64,000 nucleotides of DNA from Candidatus Poribacteria bacterium (lineage in GTDB: Bacteria > Poribacteria > WGA-4E > WGA-3G), in NCBI GenBank assembly GCA_965215265.1, contig OZ244048.1, forward strand, positions 3,648,001 through 3,712,000, written 5' to 3'. Below the pieces are notes generated by a model. It saw only the letters and a list, made by a program, of their open reading frames with translations, had not been told where the DNA came from and ran no database searches. Position numbers and translations under genes: made by a program. Below are positions 47,284-57,363 of this stretch, piece after piece. Positions within the stretch are counted from its first letter, which is position 1. Each line of letters opens with the position of its first letter.

Positions 47284-47638
47284 GTGATAAACGTGAAATA
47301 ACGTTGGGCTATTTGGTTTTATAAGTGTGTTAAAATGTCTAAAGTTAAGTGGGTTTCTGAGGAAGGGGCTGTGTATGAGTTGGCTGCAATAGGGAATTGC
47401 ATTTACAAGGAATATCTGTTCGTCGAGTTCTGGGGATAAGAAATGTCTAGCGCGACGAACGGCACAGTGGAAAGATAAAAACGATAACAGATTTCCGGAA
47501 ACCTATCTAAAGTTGAATAAAGTCTTTTTAAAGATACCTTAAATTGTAATGCATGTTAAGTTGTTTTGCAAAGATGAGGTGGTTTGGTTTACAAACCGGA
47601 TACGAGATGGGTTTTGTAAAAAGCCAGCTGTCCTGCTA

Positions 47639-50245
47639 TTACATTTGGGCTGCATTTTCTAACGCATCCTCAAGCGACTGCCGAAATTCGTTTTCATCTG
47701 CGTTGTTGTAGAACGGTACGCCGATTAAGCGATAATTTCTATCCTCTGTCAGGATTCTATTACTAAATTTCGCTCTGATTTCTTCCAAGAAGTCGGCTTT
47801 CCATTTGTCATGTGATTGCAAAAATGCCCCTTTCGGTTCGATGAAAAGTTGATAACTCAGCAGTGTATCGCTTTTGTTAGCATCATTTCCGGATTTTAAA
47901 CCGTTTTTCTCACGTAAGAACAAGACAAAGTCGGGTTGGAAAGTTTGCCCATCTGGAAAATTATGGATAGCAAAATGCCCTTCGTTGCGGAGCAGATAAA
48001 TATCCTCGTATCTTTCCTCTAATTGTGGGATGAGTCGATCTAACATCCGCACGAACGCCTTTTCTACACTGCTGCCGTAGAGGGTATTGAAGGCAAACCA
48101 GTCTCTGACGGAGACGAAGTGCTTGAACTGTACGTCCTCGTCGGCATTCGGGTTGTTAGGGTTGAATTTCAGACGCTTATCCGTGAAAATTGCCCGGACA
48201 GGTTGCTCCCCAAACGCTGTTGTGCCCTCGTATTCTGTGATTTGCTTTTGGATTTCTGCCTCAATTTGCTGCATCAGCCCACAACATGCTGCGAATTGTT
48301 CGTGACGATTTGATTCCAATGCATCGATATCGCCTTCAAAGGTGATTTCTAGGCTCCCTAAGTAGTGCTCTGATGTCATGAATTCGCGCATGGATGTTAG
48401 TTGTGGAAAATAGCGTTTGAGCGAGGCGAACGTGAAAAACGGATTCCTAGCAATCGCGGATTGAACGACGTTGCGTTCAATATCAGTTACCTTCATATCC
48501 CGTCGGTTCTCATTGTACACCACCGGTGTCATCCCGTTTTCCAATATGGTGGTCGTCCCGCCGGATCCGGTCGCCACGTTATGAACGTAGTTTTGTTTCT
48601 GCACACCTAAGTCCTCAAAAGATTGGATATGCCGGTGATCCTTCGGGACGCGTTTGTTGAGCCAGACGACACCGTATTTGTAAAAGTCGGTCTGCTTAAA
48701 CTGCTTTTTTAATTTGAGTTTTCGGGTTACAGTCCTCTCGTCTAACATGCCTTGTTCGACTAAGGCAGTGCGGATTTCAGAGATATAGCGCGAGTCGTTG
48801 ATACTGTGGTAGTGTAGTTCTTCCAAGACACGTAGTTCATTATCAAGGTCCCCGTCGAATTTACGTCGGAACCGGTCGGGTTGTTCTGGTAGGATAAACG
48901 GAAAATAACGTGCCCCACGTCCGATGAGCTGCGCCTCGGATGTCGTCGTTGAACCGATTTTACCTCGTCCGGAATCCCGTGTCTCATAACAACGGACAAT
49001 GTCAAATAGGTTCAGAACGTCCCAGCCTTCGTTGAGCTTCTGCACCGCAAAGATCGCCCGGATCGGATTGCTCGGCTCTTCAAGCGTATTCACCTGGATC
49101 TGATAGTTCTTTTTCTCCTTCTCATCATTGACTGAAAGACAGTGTGCTTCTTGAAATTCTTGTTTCAGACGTTGTGCTAACTGTTCCTCGGTGATATTAT
49201 TTTCAGCGAAGAATCGGAGTGCTTGTTCAACAATAGGAATGTTTGATCCACGGATACCGCAGATCTCTTGTGCCGTGAGACCGTCAATCAATTGATGAAA
49301 AGTCGCTTTGTTCTCTTGCGACTGTGCAATTGTGCGCTGTGCCTTGAACAGAATCACCGGTTTGAAGTTAATCCCGTAAGCTGCCGCCACCTCCTGTTTA
49401 TATTGGCTGAGAATGAGAGCCTGCAAGATGCGTTGGTTCAATTCAAAATCGGATTGAACAATTACCACGTCTTTTGAGAACCGATCGTTTCGGAAATTCA
49501 CCAAATCGTAGCGGGTAATAACCTTATTCCGATATTTCTCCACCATTGCTGACGTTTCGTAATCGTGCGTGGCGGTGAATTCCAACAGCAAATTATCTCT
49601 ATTGGAATTAAAGATTCGCTCCACCGTGCTTTCCCAATTGTCAAATAGCTCCTGCTGTGTCTTGGTCTTAACGTTCATATGATGTGCTTCATCCGCCAAG
49701 AGTACGATCCGTTTCTCTGCGAAATCCTCGTAGGTCAGTTTATTCTCCTTCTCCGTTGTCATATCGCCGTGGAGCTGCTGGATGGTTGTGAAGCAGATAT
49801 TGATCTCGTTTTCATTGACACCTTCAAAATTATCTACCTGTGTCACGGCAACGCGTCGTCCCGCAAAATAGATATTTTCGCTGAAAAGATATTTAGAGGA
49901 GAGCGGGTTGAGGAAGTTGTCCTTCGTCTTCTCAATGATATTGGTGGAATTGACGAAAAATAGGAAATTACGGTACCCTTTTTCATAGAGATAGAGGATT
50001 AGCCCTGCCATGATGAGCGTCTTACCACTGCCGGTCGCCATGTTGAACAGCAGGTGCAGCGGGTTCTCCTTGCCTGGGAAATCGGTATTGAGGCAGTGAA
50101 TAAACCTTGCAAACGCTTCTTCCTGATAGGGACGGAGTTCAAACACCGGATTCAGATTTTGCATGATGCTCTCCGGCATTTCCGGTTTGAGACCTCCGTA
50201 GTTGAATGTAATATCAAGTTTTTCATGAAGGAATTGGTTAGGCAT
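47639..50245 (-). CDS. res: Type III restriction enzyme Res subunit (SF2 helicase plus PD-(D/E)xK nuclease)
   Basis: LRPYQ, MATGSGKT, DEAHH, EFTAT, LNEGWDVLNLFDI, QLIGRGAR, FQPDF...IEPKG; ATG overlaps the last mod stop (ATGCCTAA). Confidence 0.93.
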   Translation of the reverse strand: MPNQFLHEKLDITFNYGGLKPEMPESIMQNLNPVFELRPYQEEAFARFIHCLNTDFPGKENPLHLLFNMATGSGKTLIMAGLILYLYEKGYRNFLFFVNSTNIIEKTKDNFLNPLSSKYLFSENIYFAGRRVAVTQVDNFEGVNENEINICFTTIQQLHGDMTTEKENKLTYEDFAEKRIVLLADEAHHMNVKTKTQQELFDNWESTVERIFNSNRDNLLLEFTATHDYETSAMVEKYRNKVITRYDLVNFRNDRFSKDVVIVQSDFELNQRILQALILSQYKQEVAAAYGINFKPVILFKAQRTIAQSQENKATFHQLIDGLTAQEICGIRGSNIPIVEQALRFFAENNITEEQLAQRLKQEFQEAHCLSVNDEKEKKNYQIQVNTLEEPSNPIRAIFAVQKLNEGWDVLNLFDIVRCYETRDSGRGKIGSTTTSEAQLIGRGARYFPFILPEQPDRFRRKFDGDLDNELRVLEELHYHSINDSRYISEIRTALVEQGMLDERTVTRKLKLKKQFKQTDFYKYGVVWLNKRVPKDHRHIQSFEDLGVQKQNYVHNVATGSGGTTTILENGMTPVVYNENRRDMKVTDIERNVVQSAIARNPFFTFASLKRYFPQLTSMREFMTSEHYLGSLEITFEGDIDALESNRHEQFAACCGLMQQIEAEIQKQITEYEGTTAFGEQPVRAIFTDKRLKFNPNNPNADEDVQFKHFVSVRDWFAFNTLYGSSVEKAFVRMLDRLIPQLEERYEDIYLLRNEGHFAIHNFPDGQTFQPDFVLFLREKNGLKSGNDANKSDTLLSYQLFIEPKGAFLQSHDKWKADFLEEIRAKFSNRILTEDRNYRLIGVPFYNNADENEFRQSLEDALENAAQM

Positions 50246-52201
50246 CGTTATCTGCTCCATAAAATTCTCGGTTGAGTCCTTTATCTGTCTCACTAACCTC
50301 AAAATCCGCGTCGTCTATTTCGGAGAGGTTGAGATAGAGTTGATTCTTGTCCAGCAACGCCGCCAAGAGTTGCTGCTGCTTGTCCACATTATTGATGGCG
50401 ATGAAATCTCGCACTGCGGCTTCAGGCATTTGCGGATTGACATACCAATTCAAGAATGAGTTTTCGGCGATGTTTCGCCAGAGTTTGACAAGTTCTTCAG
50501 CGGATTGTGCCGCTTGAATCTGTTCCATAAACGCCTCGTTGTATGGCATTAACTCACACGAGAGGAAAGATGCTGGTGTTAACCCCTCCTGAGCCATCAC
50601 TTTCTCAATCCGCTCCTTGCAAACAGTGACATGTTCCTCTAATTGTTCAACAAGGATAAATTGCCGCTCTACCCCCCCCCTTCAGATTTGTTAAGTTCAA
50701 GCACGGCATGCCCTGTTGTGCCTGATCCGGCGAAAAAGTCTAAAACAATATCATTACTGCCGCGCTGGGTGATAATATCAATTGCATCTTTTACAGTGTG
50801 AATGGATTTAGGATAACTGAAGACTTTTTTGCCATCAAACATTCCTTTCAGTAGGATTGTCCCGTGTGCAGACGCATCATATTTTGAGTCAGTCCATATT
50901 GTTTTAGTTTTCCTGCCTTCTCGAATTCTATCCTTTATATACAGCGTCCATTTGCCCCTAGATTTCTTGCAGACTATTTCCCCTTTTGCCACAAGTTTCA
51001 GGAAAGAAGGCTTTGTTTGTCGCCATACTCGTTCTTTCCCAAGCGAATCTAATGGCAGAATTTTGACAAATCCTTCTTTTTCTTCCAACGAAAATTCATT
51101 TTCGCTTTCATTATAGTAAATCGGATAGAAAGAATTTGGTCTCTCTTCAGGAGTTGAATAGCCTCCACCTCTCCTAAAGGGCGAAAGGCGGTACCTGCTT
51201 ATCTCATCCTGATGGTTGAAATCAAGTTCTTGTTGTTCTGTCAATTTTATAAGGTTTGTTGATACGTTATCAATGGCCTTGGCGTAAAATAGTGCGTATT
51301 CGTGACAGGTTGCAAAGTGAGTGTTCGTTGTGCGACCACCTGGCTTACTTTGAATGACGATAGTCCCGATATGATTTTCTCTGCCAAAAGTGTCATCGCA
51401 GAGTAGTTTGAGATGTGCGTATTCATAATCATCTATGGTAGCGACTAGAACGCCTTTTTCTGATAGCAAGTCTTTTGAAATATCTAGCCGGTTCTTCATA
51501 AACGTCAACCAACTTGAATGATTGAAAGAATTGTTGTATCCAAAAATATTAGCATCCCCTTTCGTGTTATACGGTGGATCTATGTAAATCAACTTTATCT
51601 TCCCTCGGAACTGTTGTTTGAGGGAGTGAAGTGCAATCAGATTATTGCCCTTGATGATAAGGTTTTCTCGGATTATACCCTCTTCATCGCGTTTGATAGC
51701 GGACACCGGTTGTGTGCCGGCAGCCGTGTGGCGTTTCCAATTCGTTAGCACCTTCGCATCTAAGAGGCGGTTGATTTCATCGTCGGCAAGGATTTCATTG
51801 AAGAAAAGCTCCTGTCGTTTTTCCTCCTCGTGCGTCTGTCCCCCCTCCAAGACGCAATCCTTATAGGGCCATGCGAGTGCGACTTCGCCGCGTTCTCGTA
51901 GGAACTTGTCATCAACGGTTAATCCGATTCTGTTGCGGAATCTGGTGTAGGAGTCGCCAAAGAAGTTTTTGTCAGAGATGTAGGTAATGAAGGTGTTGTA
52001 ATTGAAAACATACCGCCCGTTGATGTCGTCAAAAAATTTTTCCGCTATCTCCTTATCTGTCATCAACAGAGCAATCAAGCCGTGGTCGAGTTGCCAGGCG
52101 CGGTTTCTGACGGCGGCGGGGATGAGTTCTTCGGCATCGTCAACAAAACGCCGGTCGGTTTTGAGGAGGTTAATCAGTTTTTGGTTGAAGTTTGATGGCA
52201 T
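50238..52201 (-). CDS. mod: Type III Mod methyltransferase copy C, frameshifted at G9 (654 aa if G10)
   Basis: IYIDPPY, DFFAGSGTT; GAA-G9-TAG stop; the shifted frame continues VERQFILVEQLEEH into ORF 50238-50600. Confidence 0.92.
50672..50680 (-). repeat. G9 homopolymer tract in mod C (candidate phase-variation switch, OFF)
   Basis: C9 on + strand; G10 or G7 restores the frame. Confidence 0.85.
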
Positions 52202-52221
52202 AGTCGTCTCTTTTTTGTCGG

Positions 52222-54159
52222 TTATGTATAAAATTTCTGGTTCAGTGCCTTATCTTCGTCGCTGACACCAAAATCCGCGTCGTCTATTTCGGAGAGGTTG
52301 ACATAGAGTTGATTCTTATCCAGCAATGCCGCCAAGAGTTGCTGCTGCTTGTCCACATCATTGATGGCGATAAAATCTCGCACTGCGGCTTCAGGCATTT
52401 GCGGATTGACATACCAATTCAAGAATGAGTTTTCGGCGATGTTTTGCCAGAGTGTGACAAGTTCTTCAGAGGATTGTGCACTTTGGATTTTGTTCATATA
52501 GGCTTGGTTGTATGGCATCAGTTCACAATAGATGAAGTTACCACCGCCTTGCCATTTGATGGATTTGGAGATACCCCCTTGTTCTCCGGCAATGACTTTT
52601 TTTAAGCGGGTGAGCGTCACCGTTTCGACATAATTCATTTGTTCAATACCGATGTACTGTCTACCCATTTTGTGTGCGACAGATGCAGTTGTGCCACTAC
52701 CTAAGTGAAAATCCAGCACGATGCTTCCTTCATCGGTACCGAGTTCAATAACACGTGCAATTAGATGTTCAGATTTCGGATAGTCAAATACTTTCTGGTC
52801 GAATAATGTTTTTATGTGCTCGGTTCCTCTTTCGTTTACGAATTCTTTTTCATCCCAAATACTTCGCTGTCGTTTTGAGTTACTCCTATATTTTTGGACG
52901 ATCATATACCCTTGATCTCTTTTCGCTTTCCCTTTTATCTCCGTGTTTAAGTTCTGGCGTGCTTTTTCCTGGCTCCATCTCCAAACCGTTTGGATGCCCT
53001 GCGATTTTAATGGCATCACTTCGATAAAACCTGGTTTTTCTTTCAAGGAAACTTCCAGCAAGCCATTGGCATCCATATTGGTTGGATTGATATAAAAAGG
53101 GTAACAGAGGTTTGGACGATTTTTAGCGTTAAATCGAACATTGCGATTTCTGAGCTCCATTAAGTTAAAACCGCCGAGTGTATCTTCATAGTCAAACGTT
53201 TTATCGTTTTCTTCTAATTGCTTCAGTTCGATTTGTTTGTTTTTTGAATAGATCAAAAGGTATTCGTGAGTCCTCGCAATACCACCGTAATCTCTACCAC
53301 TTCTATTTATTACAACGATAGAATTTGAGATAAAATTTCGGCTACCAAAAATCTCATCCATCAAAACTTTCAGATATGCTTGTTCGTTATCATCACACTG
53401 AACAAAAATTACTCCATCATTTCGCAATAATTTGATCGCTACTTCCAACCGATTTCTCATAAATGTGAGCCAACTGGAATGATTGAAACTATCATTATAA
53501 CCAAACGAATCATTTCCGGTGTTGTACGGCGGATCTATGTAAATTAATTTCACCTTGCCCCGGAATTGCTGTTTCAAACTATACAGTGCTAATAGGTTGT
53601 TGCCTTTGATGATAAGGTTTTCTCGGATTGTGCCCTCTTCATCGCGTTTGATGGCGGACACCGGTTGTGTGCCGGCAGCCGTGTGGCGTTTCCAATTCGT
53701 TAGCACCTTCGCATCTAAGAGGCGGTTGATTTCATCGTCGGCAAGAATTTCATTGAAGAAAAGTTCCTGTCGTTTTTCCTCCTCGTGCGTCTGTCCTCCC
53801 TCCAAGACGCAATCCTTATAGGGCCATGCGAGTGCGACTTCGCCACGCTCGCGCAGGAATTTGTCGTCAATAGTTAATCCGATTCTGTTTCGGAATCTTG
53901 TATAGGAGTCGCCAAAGAAGTTTTTGTCGGAGATATAGGTAATGAAGGTGTTGTAATTGAAAACATACCGCCCGTTGATGTCGTCAAAAAATTTTTCCGC
54001 TATCTCCTTATCTGTCATCAACAGAGCAATCAAGCCGTGGTCGAGTTGCCAGGCGTGATTTCTGACGGCGGCGGGGATGAGTTCCTCGGCATCGTCAACA
54101 AAACGCCGGTCGGTTTTGAGGAGGGCGATGAGTTTTTGGTTGAGGTTGGCTCTACGCAT
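52222..54159 (-). CDS. mod: Type III Mod methyltransferase copy B, intact (645 aa)
   Basis: IYIDPPY, DFHLGSGTT, RQYIGIEQ, WQGGGNFIYCEL; no G tract. Confidence 0.95.
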   Translation of the reverse strand: MRRANLNQKLIALLKTDRRFVDDAEELIPAAVRNHAWQLDHGLIALLMTDKEIAEKFFDDINGRYVFNYNTFITYISDKNFFGDSYTRFRNRIGLTIDDKFLRERGEVALAWPYKDCVLEGGQTHEEEKRQELFFNEILADDEINRLLDAKVLTNWKRHTAAGTQPVSAIKRDEEGTIRENLIIKGNNLLALYSLKQQFRGKVKLIYIDPPYNTGNDSFGYNDSFNHSSWLTFMRNRLEVAIKLLRNDGVIFVQCDDNEQAYLKVLMDEIFGSRNFISNSIVVINRSGRDYGGIARTHEYLLIYSKNKQIELKQLEENDKTFDYEDTLGGFNLMELRNRNVRFNAKNRPNLCYPFYINPTNMDANGLLEVSLKEKPGFIEVMPLKSQGIQTVWRWSQEKARQNLNTEIKGKAKRDQGYMIVQKYRSNSKRQRSIWDEKEFVNERGTEHIKTLFDQKVFDYPKSEHLIARVIELGTDEGSIVLDFHLGSGTTASVAHKMGRQYIGIEQMNYVETVTLTRLKKVIAGEQGGISKSIKWQGGGNFIYCELMPYNQAYMNKIQSAQSSEELVTLWQNIAENSFLNWYVNPQMPEAAVRDFIAINDVDKQQQLLAALLDKNQLYVNLSEIDDADFGVSDEDKALNQKFYT

Positions 54160-54179
54160 AGATTTTCCTTTTTTGTCGG

Positions 54180-56083
54180 TTATGTATAAAATTTCTGGTT
54201 CAGTGCCTTATCTTCGTCGCTAACACCAAAATCCGCGTCGTCTATTTCGGAGAGGTTGAGATAGAGTTGATTCTTGTCCAGCAACGCCGCCAAGAGTTGC
54301 TGCTGTTTGTCCACATCATTGATGGCGATAAAATCTCGCACCGCGGCTTCAGGGATTTGCGGATTAACATACCAGTTCAAGAATGAGTTTTCTGCGATGT
54401 TTCGCCAGAGTGTGACAAGTTCTTCAGAGGATTGTGCCGCTTGAATCTGTTCCATGAACACTTCGTTGTATGGCATTAACTCACACGACAGGAAAGATGC
54501 TGGTGTTAACCCCTCCTGAGCCATCACTTTCTCAATTCGCTCCTTGCAAATAACGACATGTTCCTCTAATTGCTCAACGAGGATAAATTGCCGCTCTACC
54601 CCCCCCCTTCATATTTGTTAAGTTCTAAGGCAGCATGCCCCGTCGTTCCTGAACCAGCGAAGAAGTCAAGGACAATATCACCCGCATCAGTTGTGAGTTT
54701 CATGATATCTAAAACAGTATATAGAGATTTGGGGTAACTAAACGTCTGCCGCCGATCTAACATTTTTTTTAGCAAACCTGTACCATGATGGTTTGCATCG
54801 TACCGGGCATCAATCCACATGGTTGTTGCTTTATTTTTCTTTCTAACTATTTTTCTATAAATTTTGTGTTCGTTTCCCACTTTTCTCACAATAATTTTTC
54901 CAGCATTTAGTTCCTCTAAAAAGGATTCCTTAACAAGTTTCCAAGTTCTCATCCCATTCTTACCCATAGGTAAAAGTTTGACGAAATCGCTGCCGTTATC
55001 ATCTATTGTAATTTCTTGGGTTATCGGATTGTAAAAAATAGGATAATAAAGGCTAGGGCGGGTCTCCGGGGTTGCATCTTCTCTTGACCGGATAAATGAA
55101 TCCTCTTCTTCCGCTTCATTTATTTCAAAACGGAAATCCTCTTTAACTTTCGTAATGTTTTTGGCATAAAATAACGCGTACTCATGAACGGTTGAGAAAA
55201 AACTGCTTTGCGTTCTACCACGCGGATGATGTCTGATACAAACCGTGCCTATTTTATTCTGTCCACCGAAAACTTCATCCAATAGCACTCCCAGGTAAAA
55301 TAATTCTGTATCATCGATAGCTACCGCTATGATTCCATTTTCGCTTAGTAATTCCTTCGCAACCGCTAATCTGTTTTTCATAAAGGTGAGCCAAGTGGAG
55401 TGATTAAAGGCGTTGTTGTAGGTAAAACTGGCCGCAGAACCGCCTGTATTATACGGTGGATCTATGTAAATCAATTTTATCTTTCCCTGAAACTGTGGCT
55501 TCAAACTATGCAGTACCAATAGGTTATTGCCTTTGATGATAAGGTTTTCCCGGATTGTGCCCTCTTCATCGCGTTTGATGGCGGACACAGGTCCCGTCCC
55601 AGCAGCCGTGTGGCGTTTCCAATTTGTTAGCACCTTCGCATCCAAAAGACGGTTGATTTCATCGTCGGCAAGGGTTTGATTGAAAAAGAGTTCTTTTCGC
55701 TTCTCTTCTTCGTGTGTCTGTCCACCCTCCAGTATACAGTCTTTATACGGCCAAACAAGGGAGACCTCGCCACGCTCGCGCAGGAATTTGTCATCAACGG
55801 TTAATCCGATTCTGTTCCGGAATCTGGTGTAGGAGTTGCCAAAGAAGTTTTTGTCAGAGATGTAGGTAATGAAGGTGTTGTAGTTGAAAACATACCGCCC
55901 GTTGATGTCGTCAAAAAATTTTTCCGCTATTTCCTTATCTGTCATCAACAGAGCAATCAAGCCGTGGTCGAGTTGCCAGGCGTGATTTCTGACGGCGGCA
56001 GGGATGAGTTCCTCGGCATCGTCAACAAAACGCCGGTCGGTTTTGAGGAGGTTAATCAGTTTTTGGTTGAAGTTTGATGGCAT
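54180..56083 (-). CDS. mod: Type III Mod methyltransferase copy A, frameshifted at G9 (634 aa if G10)
   Basis: IYIDPPY, DFFAGSGTT; GAA-G9-TAG stop; the shifted frame continues VERQFILVEQLEEH into ORF 54180-54527. Confidence 0.92.
54599..54607 (-). repeat. G9 homopolymer tract in mod A (candidate phase-variation switch, OFF)
   Basis: C9 on + strand, same context as 50672-50680. Confidence 0.85.
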
Positions 56084-56150
56084 AATCGTCTCTTTTTTTG
56101 TTGGGTAAACGGTTGGAGTTCACCTTGCACGATGTGTTTCTATACCATTA

Positions 56151-56179
56151 AGTATACTCTAAAACAGGATTGGTGTCAA
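56151..56179 (-). promoter_or_regulatory. Sigma70-type promoter of the mod-mod-mod-res operon
   Basis: TTGACA-17 bp-TATACT on minus strand, about 67 bp before mod A. Confidence 0.75.
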
Positions 56180-56215
56180 AAATATCAGATCAGAAATGCG
56201 TTTTACTGAAAAAAT

Positions 56216-56258
56216 TGCCTTATCTGCGTCACTGATACCAAAATCCGCATCGTCTATT
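56216..56258 (-). pseudogene. 43-bp remnant of a mod gene 3' end (IDDADFGISDADKA)
   Basis: 39/43 identical to the mod B 3' end (52246-52288) by manual alignment. Confidence 0.85.
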
Positions 56259-57363
56259 GCGCCTTCCACATTTGTGCACGCTCGAGGAATACGCCACGAT
56301 CTGCCAGCCACTCTTCATAACCGATATTTCTGTTATCGGTGAGGTAGTTAATTTTCTCATCAATGCAGGCGGCCAGCTCAGCATCTTCCAAGGCAAATGA
56401 AAAGCCGCCGTGTTCTACTTCTTCATCAAGAGCGGTGACAACGAATTTGCCACCTGAAGCATGCGCTAATTCAAGGTTACCGAGCCTGCTGCGTGCGATT
56501 GCATCGATGTCACCAGCCCTGAGTGCTTCTAGCCGTTCGGATGCACTAAGGTAGATGATTTGAGGCATGTTTTCTGTTGGTGGATAGAGGCGGGTCCGTG
56601 TTACAAGATTGGGTGAAACCGCACCAGCGGTGATTTTGTACGCTGGTGTTCCGTCAGCAACGAGAGTCGCTTGCGGTGTCTCAATTCGTGTGCCCGCGGC
56701 GAGAGTACCTTCTTCATTGGCGAGCCCTGTGAGTACAAGGAGCCGGGCTTCGCTCGTAGTGCCAGGCAGCGTGGCGATGCGCATGTCTTGAGTCAAATCT
56801 GCATGGGTAGCGATGCGTTTGGCATCTTCGGCAGCTACGAGGAGCGATTGCTGGAAAGTGATATGCCCAGAGGTAAAAATGATGCGTCGTGTGCCGGTTG
56901 CATCGCGCGTCCGGGAGTCAAGGATTGTAATGCCGCCACTAATCAGGTCGTATTCGGGTTCTGTTGACTTCAGCCAGATGTCGGGCCATTCGGGGATTGC
57001 ATGGCGTGAAAACGAAAGTCCGGTTCCTTCCATTGCTTCAAGCGCGGTTAGCAGGTCTGCCTCATACCCCTGATGTGTATTGAATCCATCTGAGTTCGGG
57101 TCTGGGTCTGCACTGTAGCTTATTGGTTCAAAAAAGGGGAAGAAGCCCACATTTAGCACGCGCATGCCATCTGTGCAAGCATGCCGGGTTGTTCCATTTT
57201 CAGGCGTAACCGTCTGTTGCATTTTCTCACAAGCTGCAAAGAGGAAGAGAGTGCTCAAAAGTGCATAGAACGCGATACCTTTCGAGGCTTGGCTTCCGGC
57301 AAGATGCAAAAGGCGAAGTGCCGTGCTTCTGTTTTGTGGTAGCATGCTGAAAAATTTATACAT
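56254..57363 (-). CDS. Amino-acid-type (family 3) ABC substrate-binding lipoprotein
   Basis: Lipobox LFAAC, LNVGF..FEPISY, GYEADL, GGITILDSR, ALRAGDIDA; true start may be slightly downstream. Confidence 0.8.
   Translation of the reverse strand: MYKFFSMLPQNRSTALRLLHLAGSQASKGIAFYALLSTLFLFAACEKMQQTVTPENGTTRHACTDGMRVLNVGFFPFFEPISYSADPDPNSDGFNTHQGYEADLLTALEAMEGTGLSFSRHAIPEWPDIWLKSTEPEYDLISGGITILDSRTRDATGTRRIIFTSGHITFQQSLLVAAEDAKRIATHADLTQDMRIATLPGTTSEARLLVLTGLANEEGTLAAGTRIETPQATLVADGTPAYKITAGAVSPNLVTRTRLYPPTENMPQIIYLSASERLEALRAGDIDAIARSRLGNLELAHASGGKFVVTALDEEVEHGGFSFALEDAELAACIDEKINYLTDNRNIGYEEWLADRGVFLERAQMWKAQ

Noticed and set aside
47284-47638. ncRNA or CRISPR in the AT-rich gap between res and tyrA
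   Set aside because: Only short degenerate palindromes; no regularly spaced repeats and no recognisable RNA family
50238-50600. ORFs 50238-50600 and 54180-54527 as independent small genes
   Set aside because: They are the C-terminal parts of mod C and mod A beyond the G9 frameshift and align with the end of intact mod B
50238-56083. Invertible shufflon or integron-type cassette array
   Set aside because: All repeats are direct, no site-specific recombinase is present and the 20-nt spacers contain no attC-like palindromes
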